A DNA stretch of 64,000 bases from Dehalococcoidia bacterium (GTDB lineage: Bacteria > Chloroflexota > Dehalococcoidia > Plut-88900): contig CBDBLV010000004.1 of NCBI GenBank assembly GCA_965207225.1, positions 256,001 through 320,000 on the forward strand. Direction: 5' to 3'. The translations under genes were made by a program, and so were the position numbers. Positions 1-9,611 of this stretch are shown here, piece by piece. The notes under the pieces were generated by a model. The model ran no database searches, was not told where the DNA came from, and saw nothing but the letters and a program-made list of their open reading frames with translations. Each line of letters opens with the position of its first letter. Position 1 is the stretch's first letter.

Positions 1-952
1 AAATGACGAAGGGCAGCGACATGACGTGGGGGTGCAGGTCGCCGAGGATGAAGCTGAAGCTGGGGAATTCGGTGATGGCCGGGAAGGAGTCGGCGGCGTC
101 AATGACGCGGGTGCTACGCCACCACCACCAGAACTCGGTGGGGTAGAAGGAGGACGATTCCGGCACCTTTGTGGCACCCTCCACCCCCACCCATCCCCAA
201 AGCCCTTCCCCACCCAGGCCCAGGGAGCGCACCGACTCCGCAACGCCCTGTAAGTTGCCGACCCAGACCATCAGGAGGCCGCCAAGCAGCCCAAAGCCGA
301 TCGACAGAATATCTCTACGTCCGCGCTCTTTCCTGTGCATGGCAACCATCTCGGAGACGAGGCCAAAAGCCCCCGTAAAGGCCAGCGAGAAGAGCAGCGC
401 AATAGCCAGGTTGTAGGCCACGGCGGGCTCTACGCCCGAGAGCTTGGCCAGCAGACCGTGCATCACGTAGCCGAAGTAGTAGTAGCTCACCGAGTGCCCG
501 CTGAGCCACGGGTCCTGGGGTGGCATGGACTCGGCCCTGACCGCGGAGTTGAGCAGGGCGAAGTCCATCGGCTGCTCAGTGTGGGAGATGGAAGGGTTGT
601 GGGCCCGGACCACCGCCCACCCGACAAGAGCGCCCAGAAACAGCACGTCCACCACGACTATCGTCCACCGTTGGGCTTTGAGGTATTCCAGGAACTCGGG
701 GGTCCGGTTCCTGATAGCCAGCAAGGACGCCGTCACCAGGACTACTGCCAGCACCGACACTACAGCCCGGTTAAGCGACACGACGCCCGTCAGCCCCACG
801 ACCCACACCAGGAAGCTGAACAGCAATATGCCCAGGGGCTTCGAAAAGGCGTACCCGCCGTAGGGCATTCGGGAGAAGAGGACGAAAGTGACGGGCAGCG
901 CGATGAGGCCAAGGGCCTCTACGGTGAGGGCCCAGGCTATGAAGTCGATCAT
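1..952 (-). CDS. DUF2298 / Chlor_Arch_YYY membrane protein (runs off the window's left edge)
   Basis: Not in ORF track. Manual translation from ATG at 952: MIDFIAWALTVEALGLIALPVTFVLFSRMPYGGYAFSKPLG...HTEQPMDFALLNSAVRAESMPPQDPWLSGHSVSYYYFG, with the family's PPxDPW and YYY motifs. Confidence 0.85.
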   Translation of the reverse strand, partial: MIDFIAWALTVEALGLIALPVTFVLFSRMPYGGYAFSKPLGILLFSFLVWVVGLTGVVSLNRAVVSVLAVVLVTASLLAIRNRTPEFLEYLKAQRWTIVVVDVLFLGALVGWAVVRAHNPSISHTEQPMDFALLNSAVRAESMPPQDPWLSGHSVSYYYFGYVMHGLLAKLSGVEPAVAYNLAIALLFSLAFTGAFGLVSEMVAMHRKERGRRDILSIGFGLLGGLLMVWVGNLQGVAESVRSLGLGGEGLWGWVGVEGATKVPESSSFYPTEFWWWWRSTRVIDAADSFPAITEFPSFSFILGDLHPHVMSLPFVI

Positions 953-997
953 GTCGGGCTGACGGGATTCATAGTTCTTGACCCATGATACCCAATA

Positions 998-1032
998 AGC
1001 CGATGCGCCCGCCTGAGGCGGGCGCATCGGCT
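998..1032 (-). terminator. Hairpin downstream of ftsY
   Basis: agccgatgcgcccgcc-tga-ggcgggcgcatcggct, 16-bp perfect stem; weak U tail. Confidence 0.65.
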
Positions 1033-1067
1033 CGAATTATTCCGCGGTGTTGAGGGTTCGGCAAGTT

Positions 1068-2003
1068 CTATTCCAGCAAAGCTGCGACGAACTCCTCCGC
1101 ATCGAAGGGGGCAATGTCGTCGGGGCCCTCGCCGGTGCCTATGAACCTGATAGGGATGCCCAGTTCGTCGCAGATGCTGAGGACGACACCCCCCTTGGCC
1201 GAGCCGTCCAGCTTGGCGAGGAAGATGCCCGTGACTCCTGCCGAATCTATGAACTGTCGGGCCTGCATGACGGCGTTCTGTCCGGTTACCGCATCCAGAA
1301 CCAGTATCACCTCGTGGGGGGCGGAGGGGTCGAACCGGGTCACGACCCTTTTTATCTTCTGGAGCTCCTGCATCAGGTTGTACTTGGTGTGCAGCCGGCC
1401 TGCGGTATCCACGATTACGAGGTCGGCCTTCCTGTTTCGGGCGCTGCTGAGGGCGTCAAAGGTCACGGCGCCCGGGTCCGAACCTTGTTGATGGGATATG
1501 ACCTGGGCCCCCGTCCTCTCTCCCCACACCTCCAGCTGCTCGATGGCGGCAGCCCGGAAGGTGTCCGCCGCCGCCAGGACCACGCTCTGTCCCTCTGAGC
1601 AATAGGCTTTGGCGAGCTTGCCTATGGAGGTCGTCTTGCCCCCCCCATTAACTCCGACCACCAGTACGACACCCGGGCCCCCGTTCACGGAAGAAAGGAA
1701 CTCCCTTTCTCCGGCGGCCCTGGACAGGATTGCGGCCATCTCCTCGCGGAGGGCGGCGCGAATGTCGTCGGGGTCGGAGAGGCGGTCTCTTCTGACCCGC
1801 TCGCGCAGGTTTTCGGAGAGTCGGGTGGAGGTCTTGACTCCGACGTCGGCGGAGATCATCAGCTCCTCCAGGGTCTCCCAGAACTCCTCGTCGATCTTGG
1901 GGGTATTGAACACCCCGACGATGCGCCGGAAGAAGCCCTGCCTTGTCTTCTGGAGGCTTTCCTCGGTCTTCTTTTCGCGCTTTCTAAGCCTGAAAAACGG
2001 CAT
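1068..2003 (-). CDS. ftsY: Signal recognition particle receptor FtsY (short, NG domain only)
   Basis: [30 protein letters not shown] motifs. Confidence 0.97.
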   Translation of the reverse strand: MPFFRLRKREKKTEESLQKTRQGFFRRIVGVFNTPKIDEEFWETLEELMISADVGVKTSTRLSENLRERVRRDRLSDPDDIRAALREEMAAILSRAAGEREFLSSVNGGPGVVLVVGVNGGGKTTSIGKLAKAYCSEGQSVVLAAADTFRAAAIEQLEVWGERTGAQVISHQQGSDPGAVTFDALSSARNRKADLVIVDTAGRLHTKYNLMQELQKIKRVVTRFDPSAPHEVILVLDAVTGQNAVMQARQFIDSAGVTGIFLAKLDGSAKGGVVLSICDELGIPIRFIGTGEGPDDIAPFDAEEFVAALLE

Positions 2004-2167
2004 ATTCTCAACCTGAATCGATGTTAACGCCGGCCGAAAGTCATAACAATTATAGTCTCAGCATCCAAGGTCTCGCCGAACCCCTCCCCTCGTCACCTCC
2101 GCATTGACACCCCAGCCCCGCGTTCATATCCTTCCTTCCGTCGAAACCCCAGCACCAGGAGCTAGAA

Positions 2168-3286
2168 ATGGCCGATACGACTCTGCGGACACCCCTTTGC
2201 GATCTGCTTGGCATCAGGTATCCCATTCTGCAGGCGGGCATGGTGCCGGGCGGCTCTCCAGAGCTGGCTGCCGCCGTCTCCAATGCAGGCGGCCTGGGCG
2301 TGCTTGGGGCATCGGGGTGGGAGCCCGAGGACATCCGCGAAAAGATACGCTGGATCCGGGATAACACCAGTAACCCCTTCGGCGTGGACCTGCAGCTTCC
2401 GGTGACCATGGCCGACGTGGACGATAACAGAACCGAGGTCAAGGCCAGCCTCCCGGTCGATTACCCCGACCACGTGGCCTGGGTAAACGAGGCCATCCAG
2501 CGCCACTCCATTCCCGAGGCCCAGGCCGGAAAGTCCTTTGCATACAACCCGGCCTTCATCCGCCGCCAGGTGGATGTAATCCTGGAAGAGGAAGTGCCCG
2601 TGTTCGTCTCGGCGCTGGGGCCGCCGGGCTGGATGACGGAGGACGCACACAAGTTGGGCATGAAGGTTATCGGCATGGCAGGCAGCCCCCGGCACGCTCG
2701 CCGTCACGTGGACGCGGGTGTCGACGTGGTCGTGGCCCAGGGCAATGAGGCAGGAGGGCACACGGGAAGAATAGCGACGATGGTGCTCGTTCCCCAAGTA
2801 GTCGATGCGATATCTCCAGTGCCCGTGGTTGCAGCAGGGGGCATAGGGGATGGGAGGGGGATAGCGGCGGCGCTGTCCCTCGGGGCACAGGGGGTGTGGT
2901 GCGGCACACTGTTCCTGTCATCAGATGAGGCGGCCGTCCCGGACATCCACAAGCGCCGCATAGTGGAGGGTCGCTCCGAGGACTGGGTAATCAGCCGGTT
3001 GAGTTCGGGCAAGACAGCCCGCTACTACAACAACGTGCTGGTGCAGGAGTGGGCCGAGTCGGGGCTGGATGCCCTGCCCATGCCCCTCCAGGGAATGCTG
3101 ATAGAGGACATGGAGGCGGGGGTGGTCGAAGGGCACCTGGAAGAGCTGGAGCTGAACTCGGGGGGACAGGTGGGCGGCCTGATTGCCCAGCGCAGGCCGG
3201 CGGTCAGGATCGTAGAGGACCTGGTCAACCACGCCTCGGAAGTCCTTTTGGGAATTGCCCGCTACTCTCCGAGCGCCAGCGCCTAG
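2168..3286 (+). CDS. Nitronate monooxygenase / FabK-like flavoprotein
   Basis: PILQAGM, AVSNAGGLG, QGNEAGGH, AAGGIGDGRG motifs. Confidence 0.9.
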   Translation: MADTTLRTPLCDLLGIRYPILQAGMVPGGSPELAAAVSNAGGLGVLGASGWEPEDIREKIRWIRDNTSNPFGVDLQLPVTMADVDDNRTEVKASLPVDYPDHVAWVNEAIQRHSIPEAQAGKSFAYNPAFIRRQVDVILEEEVPVFVSALGPPGWMTEDAHKLGMKVIGMAGSPRHARRHVDAGVDVVVAQGNEAGGHTGRIATMVLVPQVVDAISPVPVVAAGGIGDGRGIAAALSLGAQGVWCGTLFLSSDEAAVPDIHKRRIVEGRSEDWVISRLSSGKTARYYNNVLVQEWAESGLDALPMPLQGMLIEDMEAGVVEGHLEELELNSGGQVGGLIAQRRPAVRIVEDLVNHASEVLLGIARYSPSASA

Positions 3287-3313
3287 CATCGCTTATCCAA
3301 GGAGCGGTTCGCC

Positions 3314-3946
3314 ATGTACGTGCCAGATCTGTATGCAGTTACGGACAAAGCCCAAATCTACGACTTCATCCGGGATAACGGCTTCGGCATCCTCTTCTCA
3401 CACCAGGGCCCCGGGCCCACGGCCACCCACCTCCCTTTCGTACTGGTGGAAGGGGATGACGGGCAGGACACGATCATAGGGCACATGGCCCGGGTCAACG
3501 AGCAGTGGAAACATGCTGACGGCCAGGAGGTCCTGATAGTCTTCCACGGGCCTCATGCCTACGTCTCCCCAACCTGGTACAGGGAAGAAGACGTAGTACC
3601 GACCTGGAACTACGCCGTAGTCCACGTTTACGGGACTTTCGAGGCGGTACAGGGCAGGGCAGAGACCGTGGACATCGTCAGCAGGATAGTCGACTACTAC
3701 GAGTCTTTCGAGCCCCGGGCCTGGACAGCGGACTTCGACTCTCCTTACAACAGGAAGATGATCCGGGGCGTGACCGCTTTCAGGATCAAGATTGCTCGGG
3801 TGGAGGGGAAGTGGAAGATGGGACAGAACCGCCCCGCCTACCTCCGACGCCGCGCCCTGGAGGAATTACAGGCCCGACCCGGCGAAAACGAACAGGCTGT
3901 CGCCCAACTGATGGAGGAGACCTTAGACCGCAACGAGGGCGGTTAA
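3314..3946 (+). CDS. PaiB-family FMN-binding/heme split-barrel protein
   Basis: THLPF, GHMARVN, GPHAYVSP, VPTWNY, KMGQNR motifs. Confidence 0.9.
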   Translation: MYVPDLYAVTDKAQIYDFIRDNGFGILFSHQGPGPTATHLPFVLVEGDDGQDTIIGHMARVNEQWKHADGQEVLIVFHGPHAYVSPTWYREEDVVPTWNYAVVHVYGTFEAVQGRAETVDIVSRIVDYYESFEPRAWTADFDSPYNRKMIRGVTAFRIKIARVEGKWKMGQNRPAYLRRRALEELQARPGENEQAVAQLMEETLDRNEGG

Positions 3947-3966
3947 GGAAGCGGCCTGCTCTCAGC

Positions 3967-4662
3967 CTACGGGAACTGCTCCAGGGCCTTGCGGGCGGCT
4001 TCACGCTGGGCCTCCTTCTTTGAGGACCCCTCACCCTGGCCCAGGGTCTTGCCTGCGACAATCACTTTTGCGGCGAACATCGGGCTTCCGGACTCCGACA
4101 ACTGCTCCACGGTCTCGTAGCGCGGCAACGTCTGCAGGGTAGCCTGGGTGATTTCCTGGAGCTGTGACTTGTAATTGTAGTCGGATTTGTTGCTGCCGCC
4201 GCCCAGTGCTGCGTAGATCCTGGAATTCAGGCGCCCTATGATGAAGTCACGGGCCGCCTCCAGGCCAGCGTCCAACCAGATGGCCCCTATGACCGCTTCC
4301 AGGGCACCGGCCAGGATCCTCTCCTTATCCCTCCCGCCCGACTTCTCCTCCCCCTGACCCATCCGCAAGAACCTCCCAAGCCCCATCTCTTTCGCGACGG
4401 AAGCGAGGGCCCTGGAGGAGACCAACTGGGCGCGCAGGGCAGTCATCTCACCCTCGGTCAGGCGCGGCCATTGCGCGTACAGGTCGTCGGCAATAATGAA
4501 ACCAAGGACGGAATCGCCCAAAAATTCCAAGCGTTCGTTGGATTCCAGAGCGGATTTCGGATTTTCGTTAATACAGGAGCTGTGAGTAAGGGCGAGGGTC
4601 AACAGGACCTCGTCCGAGAACTCCCGCCCAATGAGCGCTTCGATACTTTCTTCCGGGGGCAT
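3967..4662 (-). CDS. rnc: Ribonuclease III
   Basis: ALTHSS, NERLEFLGDSVL signature, C-terminal dsRBD (YKSQLQE). Confidence 0.97.
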   Translation of the reverse strand: MPPEESIEALIGREFSDEVLLTLALTHSSCINENPKSALESNERLEFLGDSVLGFIIADDLYAQWPRLTEGEMTALRAQLVSSRALASVAKEMGLGRFLRMGQGEEKSGGRDKERILAGALEAVIGAIWLDAGLEAARDFIIGRLNSRIYAALGGGSNKSDYNYKSQLQEITQATLQTLPRYETVEQLSESGSPMFAAKVIVAGKTLGQGEGSSKKEAQREAARKALEQFP

Positions 4663-4680
4663 CTATGCGGGTACGCGGGT

Positions 4681-5301
4681 CTAGTCCCCGGGCGGGGTGG
4701 GGCGCTTGATCTCCTGCAGGTTGGGCACACCGTCGACCAGTCCGAGGACGTTGTCGAAGATGTCCCTGGCCTTGTCTGCCTCGGGCGGGGGCATCATCTT
4801 GACGAAGGCAGAGGCCCCCGACTCGGTGAACATCGTCGGCACTCCGAACACGCCGTAGTTGCTTGTGGCTTCTTCGTAGTCGGCGGCGATGGTCTTGAGG
4901 GCCTCGGGGTCGTTGATGTCTTCGAGGAACTTGTCGACGTCCAGCCCCGACTCCTTCGCAACCTCCGTCAGCACTTCCAGCTTGTCGATGGCCTTGCGCT
5001 GCATGTGCCGCGCGTTAAGGAGGGCGACGTGGAACTTGCCGAACTTCTCGGGGCCCTGCTTCTTGGCGGCTTCACCGGCCTTGAGGGCGAGGAGGCCTCT
5101 GCTGGGGAACGACTCGTCCTGCTCCCAGAGTTTCCAGTCGGGGCCTTCCTTGGAGTTGACTTGCTCCAGCGGGAAGTTCTTCCACGTTATGTTGAGGTCG
5201 TCTCCGTAGGCTTCCTTCACGTCTTGCAGCCAAACTGCTGCAACCCGGACGTAGGGTCAAAGGTAGTCGTAAAAGACCGTGAGATTAACTTTCTCGCTCA
5301 T
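4681..5301 (-). CDS. DsbA/FrnE-family thioredoxin-fold protein, probable selenoprotein (in-frame TGA at 5257-5259)
   Basis: ATG at 5301 in frame with ORF 4681..5220: MSEKVNLTVFYDYL(TGA)PYVRVAAVW; TGA occupies the catalytic Cys position of the family's DxxCPxC motif; cis-Pro loop GVPT; hairpin follows the TGA. Confidence 0.85.
5219..5252 (-). promoter_or_regulatory. Candidate bacterial SECIS element
   Basis: Minus strand after TGA: acgtc-cggg-ttgcagc-agtttg-gctgcaa-gacgt; G-containing apical loop about 20 nt from the UGA. Confidence 0.7.
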
Positions 5302-5370
5302 GTCGCCCCGCCTTTCAACTCAAACTGAGGCAATTCTATCACCCGACCCACCTATAATAAAGGCCGTAAC

Positions 5371-6615
5371 ATGGACTACCTCAAGCGAATAGAAGAGCAG
5401 ACCTGCCCCGAGCTCTGGGCTCTCATCATACGGCTGGGGGAGCTGGCCGAGGAACGCGGCGCCCATCTCTTCCTGGCGGGCGGTAGGGTCAGGGACCTGC
5501 TGCTAGGTCGGGAGAGCGCCGACTTTGACCTGGTGGTTGAAGGGGACGCCCTGGAGCTGGTAAAGGCCCTTGCCGGGGACCAGGGAGGCGAGGCGGTCGT
5601 CCACTCCAGGTTCGGCACTGCGACCTACCGGCGCGGAAACCTGGCACTCGACATCGCCACCTCCCGCACAGAGGAATACTCCCGACCCGGCGTCCTCCCC
5701 GATATCCGACCCGGGCCGATTGCTGAGGACCTGAAGCGTCGGGACTTCACCATCAATGCCATGGCAATCAGTCTCGGCCCTCCGGACGCGGGTGTACTGC
5801 TGGACCGGTTCGGGGGTCGGGAGGACCTGGAGAAGGGCCTGGTCAGGGTCCTGCACGAGGGAAGTTTCGTCGATGACCCGACTCGCACTATGCGCGCAAT
5901 ACGCTACGAGCAAAGGCTCGGATTCCGGATAGAACTAAACACCCTGGAACTCATTTCCCGAGACCTGCACCTTCTCCCATCCGTCGGGGTGGACCGGCTG
6001 AGGCGCGAAATCGAGCTATTTCTCAGCGAGCCCGAGCCTGAATTGCAGTTCGGTCGGGCGGAGGGGTTGGGAATAATCGACGCTATTCAGCGGGGGCTGG
6101 TCATTGAGCCCCGGATGCGGAGACTCTTCAAGGCTGCAAGAGACAACTGCGCGGAGGTCGACCCTACTATCTATCTCGCCCTGCTTCTATACGGTGTTCA
6201 AAAGGACAGGGCCGCAGATTTCCTGGAGCGGTACCGGTTCCCCAAAGAGTGGATTCAGACCGTAACAGGCTCCTTGGCCTTGAGGGATGCGGTAGCGGAA
6301 GTCGGGGTGGAGGGGCTCAGGCCGAGCGAGGTGTACGGGTCCTTCAAGGGTTACGGGAGGGCATCGATTCAGGCCTTCAGAATCGCCGCGAATGGGAAGG
6401 TGGCAAAGAGTCGGGCCGCCGAATATCTGGACCGGCTGGCCCATGTGCGGCCTGACCTGAGCGGCAAAGACCTGATGTCGTTGGGGGTACCCCGAGGCCC
6501 GCAGGTGGGGGGATTTCTGAAACGGTTGCTCGACGCCCGGCTCGATGGGTTAGTCGCGAGTCGGGATGAGGAAGCCACCCTGGTCAAGAATTGGCTGGAG
6601 GAAGCGGGAATCTAG
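5371..6615 (+). CDS. cca: tRNA nucleotidyltransferase (class II CCA/A-adding type)
   Basis: GGRVRDLLLG..DFD, RRDFTINAMA, DDPTR motifs; TATAAT at 5353-5358 implies a very short leader. Confidence 0.9.
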   Translation: MDYLKRIEEQTCPELWALIIRLGELAEERGAHLFLAGGRVRDLLLGRESADFDLVVEGDALELVKALAGDQGGEAVVHSRFGTATYRRGNLALDIATSRTEEYSRPGVLPDIRPGPIAEDLKRRDFTINAMAISLGPPDAGVLLDRFGGREDLEKGLVRVLHEGSFVDDPTRTMRAIRYEQRLGFRIELNTLELISRDLHLLPSVGVDRLRREIELFLSEPEPELQFGRAEGLGIIDAIQRGLVIEPRMRRLFKAARDNCAEVDPTIYLALLLYGVQKDRAADFLERYRFPKEWIQTVTGSLALRDAVAEVGVEGLRPSEVYGSFKGYGRASIQAFRIAANGKVAKSRAAEYLDRLAHVRPDLSGKDLMSLGVPRGPQVGGFLKRLLDARLDGLVASRDEEATLVKNWLEEAGI

Positions 6616-7460
6616 CTCGCGGACTTCTCCAGTCTCCGGCGGTGGAAGAGGTACTGCTGGGCGTAGCCGGCGTGACCCCCGAAGTAGTCCAGGGCCCAGG
6701 CCCGAATGGCGTCGTAGGACGGGTTGTGCCCAACCGAATACCACTCCTCGACGGCCCTCCTGACCCACCTGTCTATGGGAAACGAATCCAGCTTTTCAAG
6801 CGAGAACAGCAGCACGCAGTCGGCTACCTTGTCTCCCACCCCGTGCAGCGACATCAGATCCTTCTTGGCGTCGTCGTAGGTCAGCTCTCGGAGCCCGTCA
6901 AGGTCGTACACCCCTCGGCCGATGCGCTCTGCAGTACCGGCGAGGTATGGGGCCCGGAACCCCCAGCCAATCAGCCGCAGACCTGTCTCGCCGAGCTCCA
7001 TCACCCTCTCGGGGGTGGGGAATGAATAGCGGACGTGGCCGTCCATCTCCAGCGGGTCGCCCATCCTCCGGCATAGTGACTCGATGCATTCGCTGATCCT
7101 GGGGATGTTGGAGGAGATTGAACAGATGAAGGAAGCCAGGCACTCCCAGGGCTCTTGCCTGAGGAGTCGGAGGCCGTAGAACTGGGTTATCGCCCGACGC
7201 ATCCTCTCATCTTTGCCAATCCTGGCGTAGATGTCCGGCAGGTCATCATCCAGGCGCAGGTAGTAGATGAGCCGGTTGACTATCTCCTCTTCCGCTTGCG
7301 GGTAGCTTTCAAACTCGACGCCCAGCAACGTCTGTCGAATCTTCAGGATGTTGCCGTAGATGACCCCGTAGTACCAGTCGCCCTCCCGTCTCCAGCGGAA
7401 AGCCTGGCCACATTCCAGGGTGTGGGTGAGGTTGAAGGGCTGCTCGATGGGAATCAGCAT
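6612..7460 (-). CDS. ogg: 8-oxoguanine DNA glycosylase (Ogg family)
   Basis: TLECGQAFRW, RLLRQEPWE, HhH GVGDKVADC, FPIDRW, AGYAQQYLF. Confidence 0.92.
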   Translation of the reverse strand: MLIPIEQPFNLTHTLECGQAFRWRREGDWYYGVIYGNILKIRQTLLGVEFESYPQAEEEIVNRLIYYLRLDDDLPDIYARIGKDERMRRAITQFYGLRLLRQEPWECLASFICSISSNIPRISECIESLCRRMGDPLEMDGHVRYSFPTPERVMELGETGLRLIGWGFRAPYLAGTAERIGRGVYDLDGLRELTYDDAKKDLMSLHGVGDKVADCVLLFSLEKLDSFPIDRWVRRAVEEWYSVGHNPSYDAIRAWALDYFGGHAGYAQQYLFHRRRLEKSAS

Positions 7461-7520
7461 TGGGCGGGTGTAAGTGATAGGTCGGGCCTATCCCCCCGAG
7501 GCCGAATCCGGGTTCCGGGG

Positions 7521-8198
7521 TTAATCCGGATTGTACATCGAAAGGGCGCCCTGCCTCAGCCCCGTGGCGGGTTTAAATCGGCCTGCCCTGAGCTCGGCCA
7601 CAAGGTCTTCGTCGGTGTATACGTCCCTTTCAAAGACGGTCACGTTACAGCCGACGCCGTGGTGTGAATGAGCGTCGCTGCCCGCAGTGCAAGGTTTACC
7701 CAGCATCTGGGCCACCTTGTAGGCTGTGTGATTCTCGGTATCGTTATTTCCGCCGTTGAGGGCCTCGATGGCGTCGACGTACTGAAAGACGCGGTGTTGT
7801 GCCGCCTCTTCGAGGGTCTCGGGTTTGGAGCCGTTGGGCCAGAGCAGGCTGCCCCGGTGGTCAAAGAAGCGTCGGAAGGGATGCATGGAGACCATGAACC
7901 CGCCCACTTCGGTAATCACCTCCCGGAGCTTAGCGACCTTGTGCATACCGCTAACGTAGTGGTGCAGGCCGAAAGATCCAACGTGTCCCACATCCGTGTC
8001 CACTTCCAGGGCGTGCAACACAACAATGTCCTGAGCTGCCGCGAACTCCTTGAACTTAGCCCAGTCCCAGTTCGCCCCATGCTCCGTGAAGCAGATACCA
8101 TCCAACCCTTGCTTCTTGGCTTCCATGACCAGGTCCTCGGGCGAGATGCTGCTGTCGCTCCCGCCGACCATGGTGTGGGAGTGGAGGTCTATCAGCAC
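7521..8198 (-). CDS. PHP-domain metal-dependent phosphoesterase
   Basis: DLHSHT, TEH, HP, GSDAH motifs. Confidence 0.88.
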   Translation of the reverse strand: MLIDLHSHTMVGGSDSSISPEDLVMEAKKQGLDGICFTEHGANWDWAKFKEFAAAQDIVVLHALEVDTDVGHVGSFGLHHYVSGMHKVAKLREVITEVGGFMVSMHPFRRFFDHRGSLLWPNGSKPETLEEAAQHRVFQYVDAIEALNGGNNDTENHTAYKVAQMLGKPCTAGSDAHSHHGVGCNVTVFERDVYTDEDLVAELRAGRFKPATGLRQGALSMYNPD

Positions 8199-8289
8199 GT
8201 AGACGACCTACTAAAGCTACTTGGTATCAACAAGAATGCAAGCTGTGAAGAAACGAACAAAGTGGCCCAATACTAACATTTGAAGCCAG

Positions 8290-8721
8290 TTATGACAATA
8301 AGATCGGCATGAGCCAGCCAAACATCCCTGCAAAGGCCAGCCCCAGCAGGTAACCGTCTCTCCAGAACCACTTTCGCACCCAAAACGCAACAAGTATCAG
8401 CACGTTCGCGGTGAAGGCGCAGACCGCTATTGCGAAGACCATGTTTTCGCTGCCCAGCCCGGGCCCCGGGGCCAACGCCTCCGCGCCGATGTACAGCGCC
8501 CCGATCATTCCCCCCACCAGCCCCCAGGCCCCCATAATGACCAGGGGAAGAAGGGCGGCCGCAGGAATGGTCCCGGGGACCCGGTCCAGGTAGGAGAAGA
8601 AGTTGCTCGGGGTGCGGCCGGGTTTGGTGACGTTGATGGCCCACAGCATGGTGAACAGGGACCCCATGAAGAAGCCGCATGCAGTGCCGATAAGTAGTGC
8701 CACGGTCCTACATGGCCTCAT
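8290..8721 (-). CDS. Hypothetical membrane protein (about 4 TM)
   Basis: Hydrophobic segments; ATGA overlap with the ispE stop suggests translational coupling. Confidence 0.65.
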   Translation of the reverse strand: MRPCRTVALLIGTACGFFMGSLFTMLWAINVTKPGRTPSNFFSYLDRVPGTIPAAALLPLVIMGAWGLVGGMIGALYIGAEALAPGPGLGSENMVFAIAVCAFTANVLILVAFWVRKWFWRDGYLLGLAFAGMFGWLMPILLS

Positions 8722-9611
8722 ACATCAGAGGTAATCCGGGGCCCTTCACCCGGCGCAAGAGTCCTGACCAGCCGGCAGTCCAGACCCCGCTTTTTGCATT
8801 CCCTTACTACCTTTTGCCCTTCCTCCCGGCTCTCTACAAGGCAGAAGAGGGTAGGCCCTGCCCCCGAGAGGTGGACCGGCGCGCCGCTCACGACTTCCAG
8901 CGTTTTCCACGCCTTATCGATACCAGGGAACAGCGTGGTTGCCACGCTGTCGAAGACGTTGAAAAGGGAGTCGTTGTCAAGGGCAGAGTCATTTCTTAGC
9001 AGGCTGGCCAGTCGGATTGTCTTTTGGCCATCGGTGTAGTCCCGAGGGGTGAGCGCCTTGTAGGCTGTGGCGGTTTTGTTATCGAGGAGGCTTGGTTGGA
9101 AAGCGAGGGCCAGCCATACGGTCGGAGGGGCGGGGAGGGGGGTTATGTGTTCACCTCGGCCCTCAGCAAGGGCCGAGCCGCCTGAGAGAAAGAACGGAAT
9201 GTCCGAGCCCAGCTGCGCGGCCAGGGCCGCAAGCTCTTGAATGTCGAGGCCCAATTCCCAGAAGCAATTCAGTCCGAGGAGTATAGCTGCTGCATCACTG
9301 CTCCCACCCCCCATCCCCGCCGCTATCGGAATTCCCTTCTTGAGCCTGATCTCCACCCCATCATCCACTCTTTTCGCTCTCTTGATCAGTTCGGCGGCTC
9401 GATAGACTAGGTTGTCCCGTGTCCCTAGTTCCGGCACATCGGCAATCAGCTGCACATCTTCGGCTAACGACAGCGTCAGGGTATCGAACAGGCTGACTGC
9501 TTGCATAACTGAAGCGATCTCGTGGTAGCCGTCATCCCGCTTGCCGAGGACCTCCAGGGTGAGGTTTACTTTAGCGGGGGTCTCTATGGTGACCCTATAT
9601 GAAGCGGTCAA
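8718..9611 (-). CDS. ispE: 4-diphosphocytidyl-2-C-methyl-D-erythritol kinase
   Basis: PAKVNLTL, GYHEI, KGIPIAAGMGGGSSDAA; likely TTG start at 9611 overlapping the rsmA stop (TTGA). Confidence 0.95.
   Translation of the reverse strand: MTASYRVTIETPAKVNLTLEVLGKRDDGYHEIASVMQAVSLFDTLTLSLAEDVQLIADVPELGTRDNLVYRAAELIKRAKRVDDGVEIRLKKGIPIAAGMGGGSSDAAAILLGLNCFWELGLDIQELAALAAQLGSDIPFFLSGGSALAEGRGEHITPLPAPPTVWLALAFQPSLLDNKTATAYKALTPRDYTDGQKTIRLASLLRNDSALDNDSLFNVFDSVATTLFPGIDKAWKTLEVVSGAPVHLSGAGPTLFCLVESREEGQKVVRECKKRGLDCRLVRTLAPGEGPRITSDV

Noticed and set aside
26-988. Plus-strand ORFs at the window start and other long antisense ORFs (e.g. 19505..20827, 26249..27457, 50431..51612, 62017..63186)
   Set aside because: Shadow frames of well-supported opposite-strand genes in GC-rich DNA.
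2168-3946. N-N bond forming (piperazate-type) pathway from the PaiB homolog plus flavoprotein
   Set aside because: No ornithine N-hydroxylase or biosynthetic cluster nearby; both families are widespread.
4681-5301. Nonsense pseudogene reading of the DsbA-like gene
   Set aside because: The only stop falls on the catalytic Cys column and is followed by a SECIS-like hairpin; recoding is more parsimonious, though unproven.
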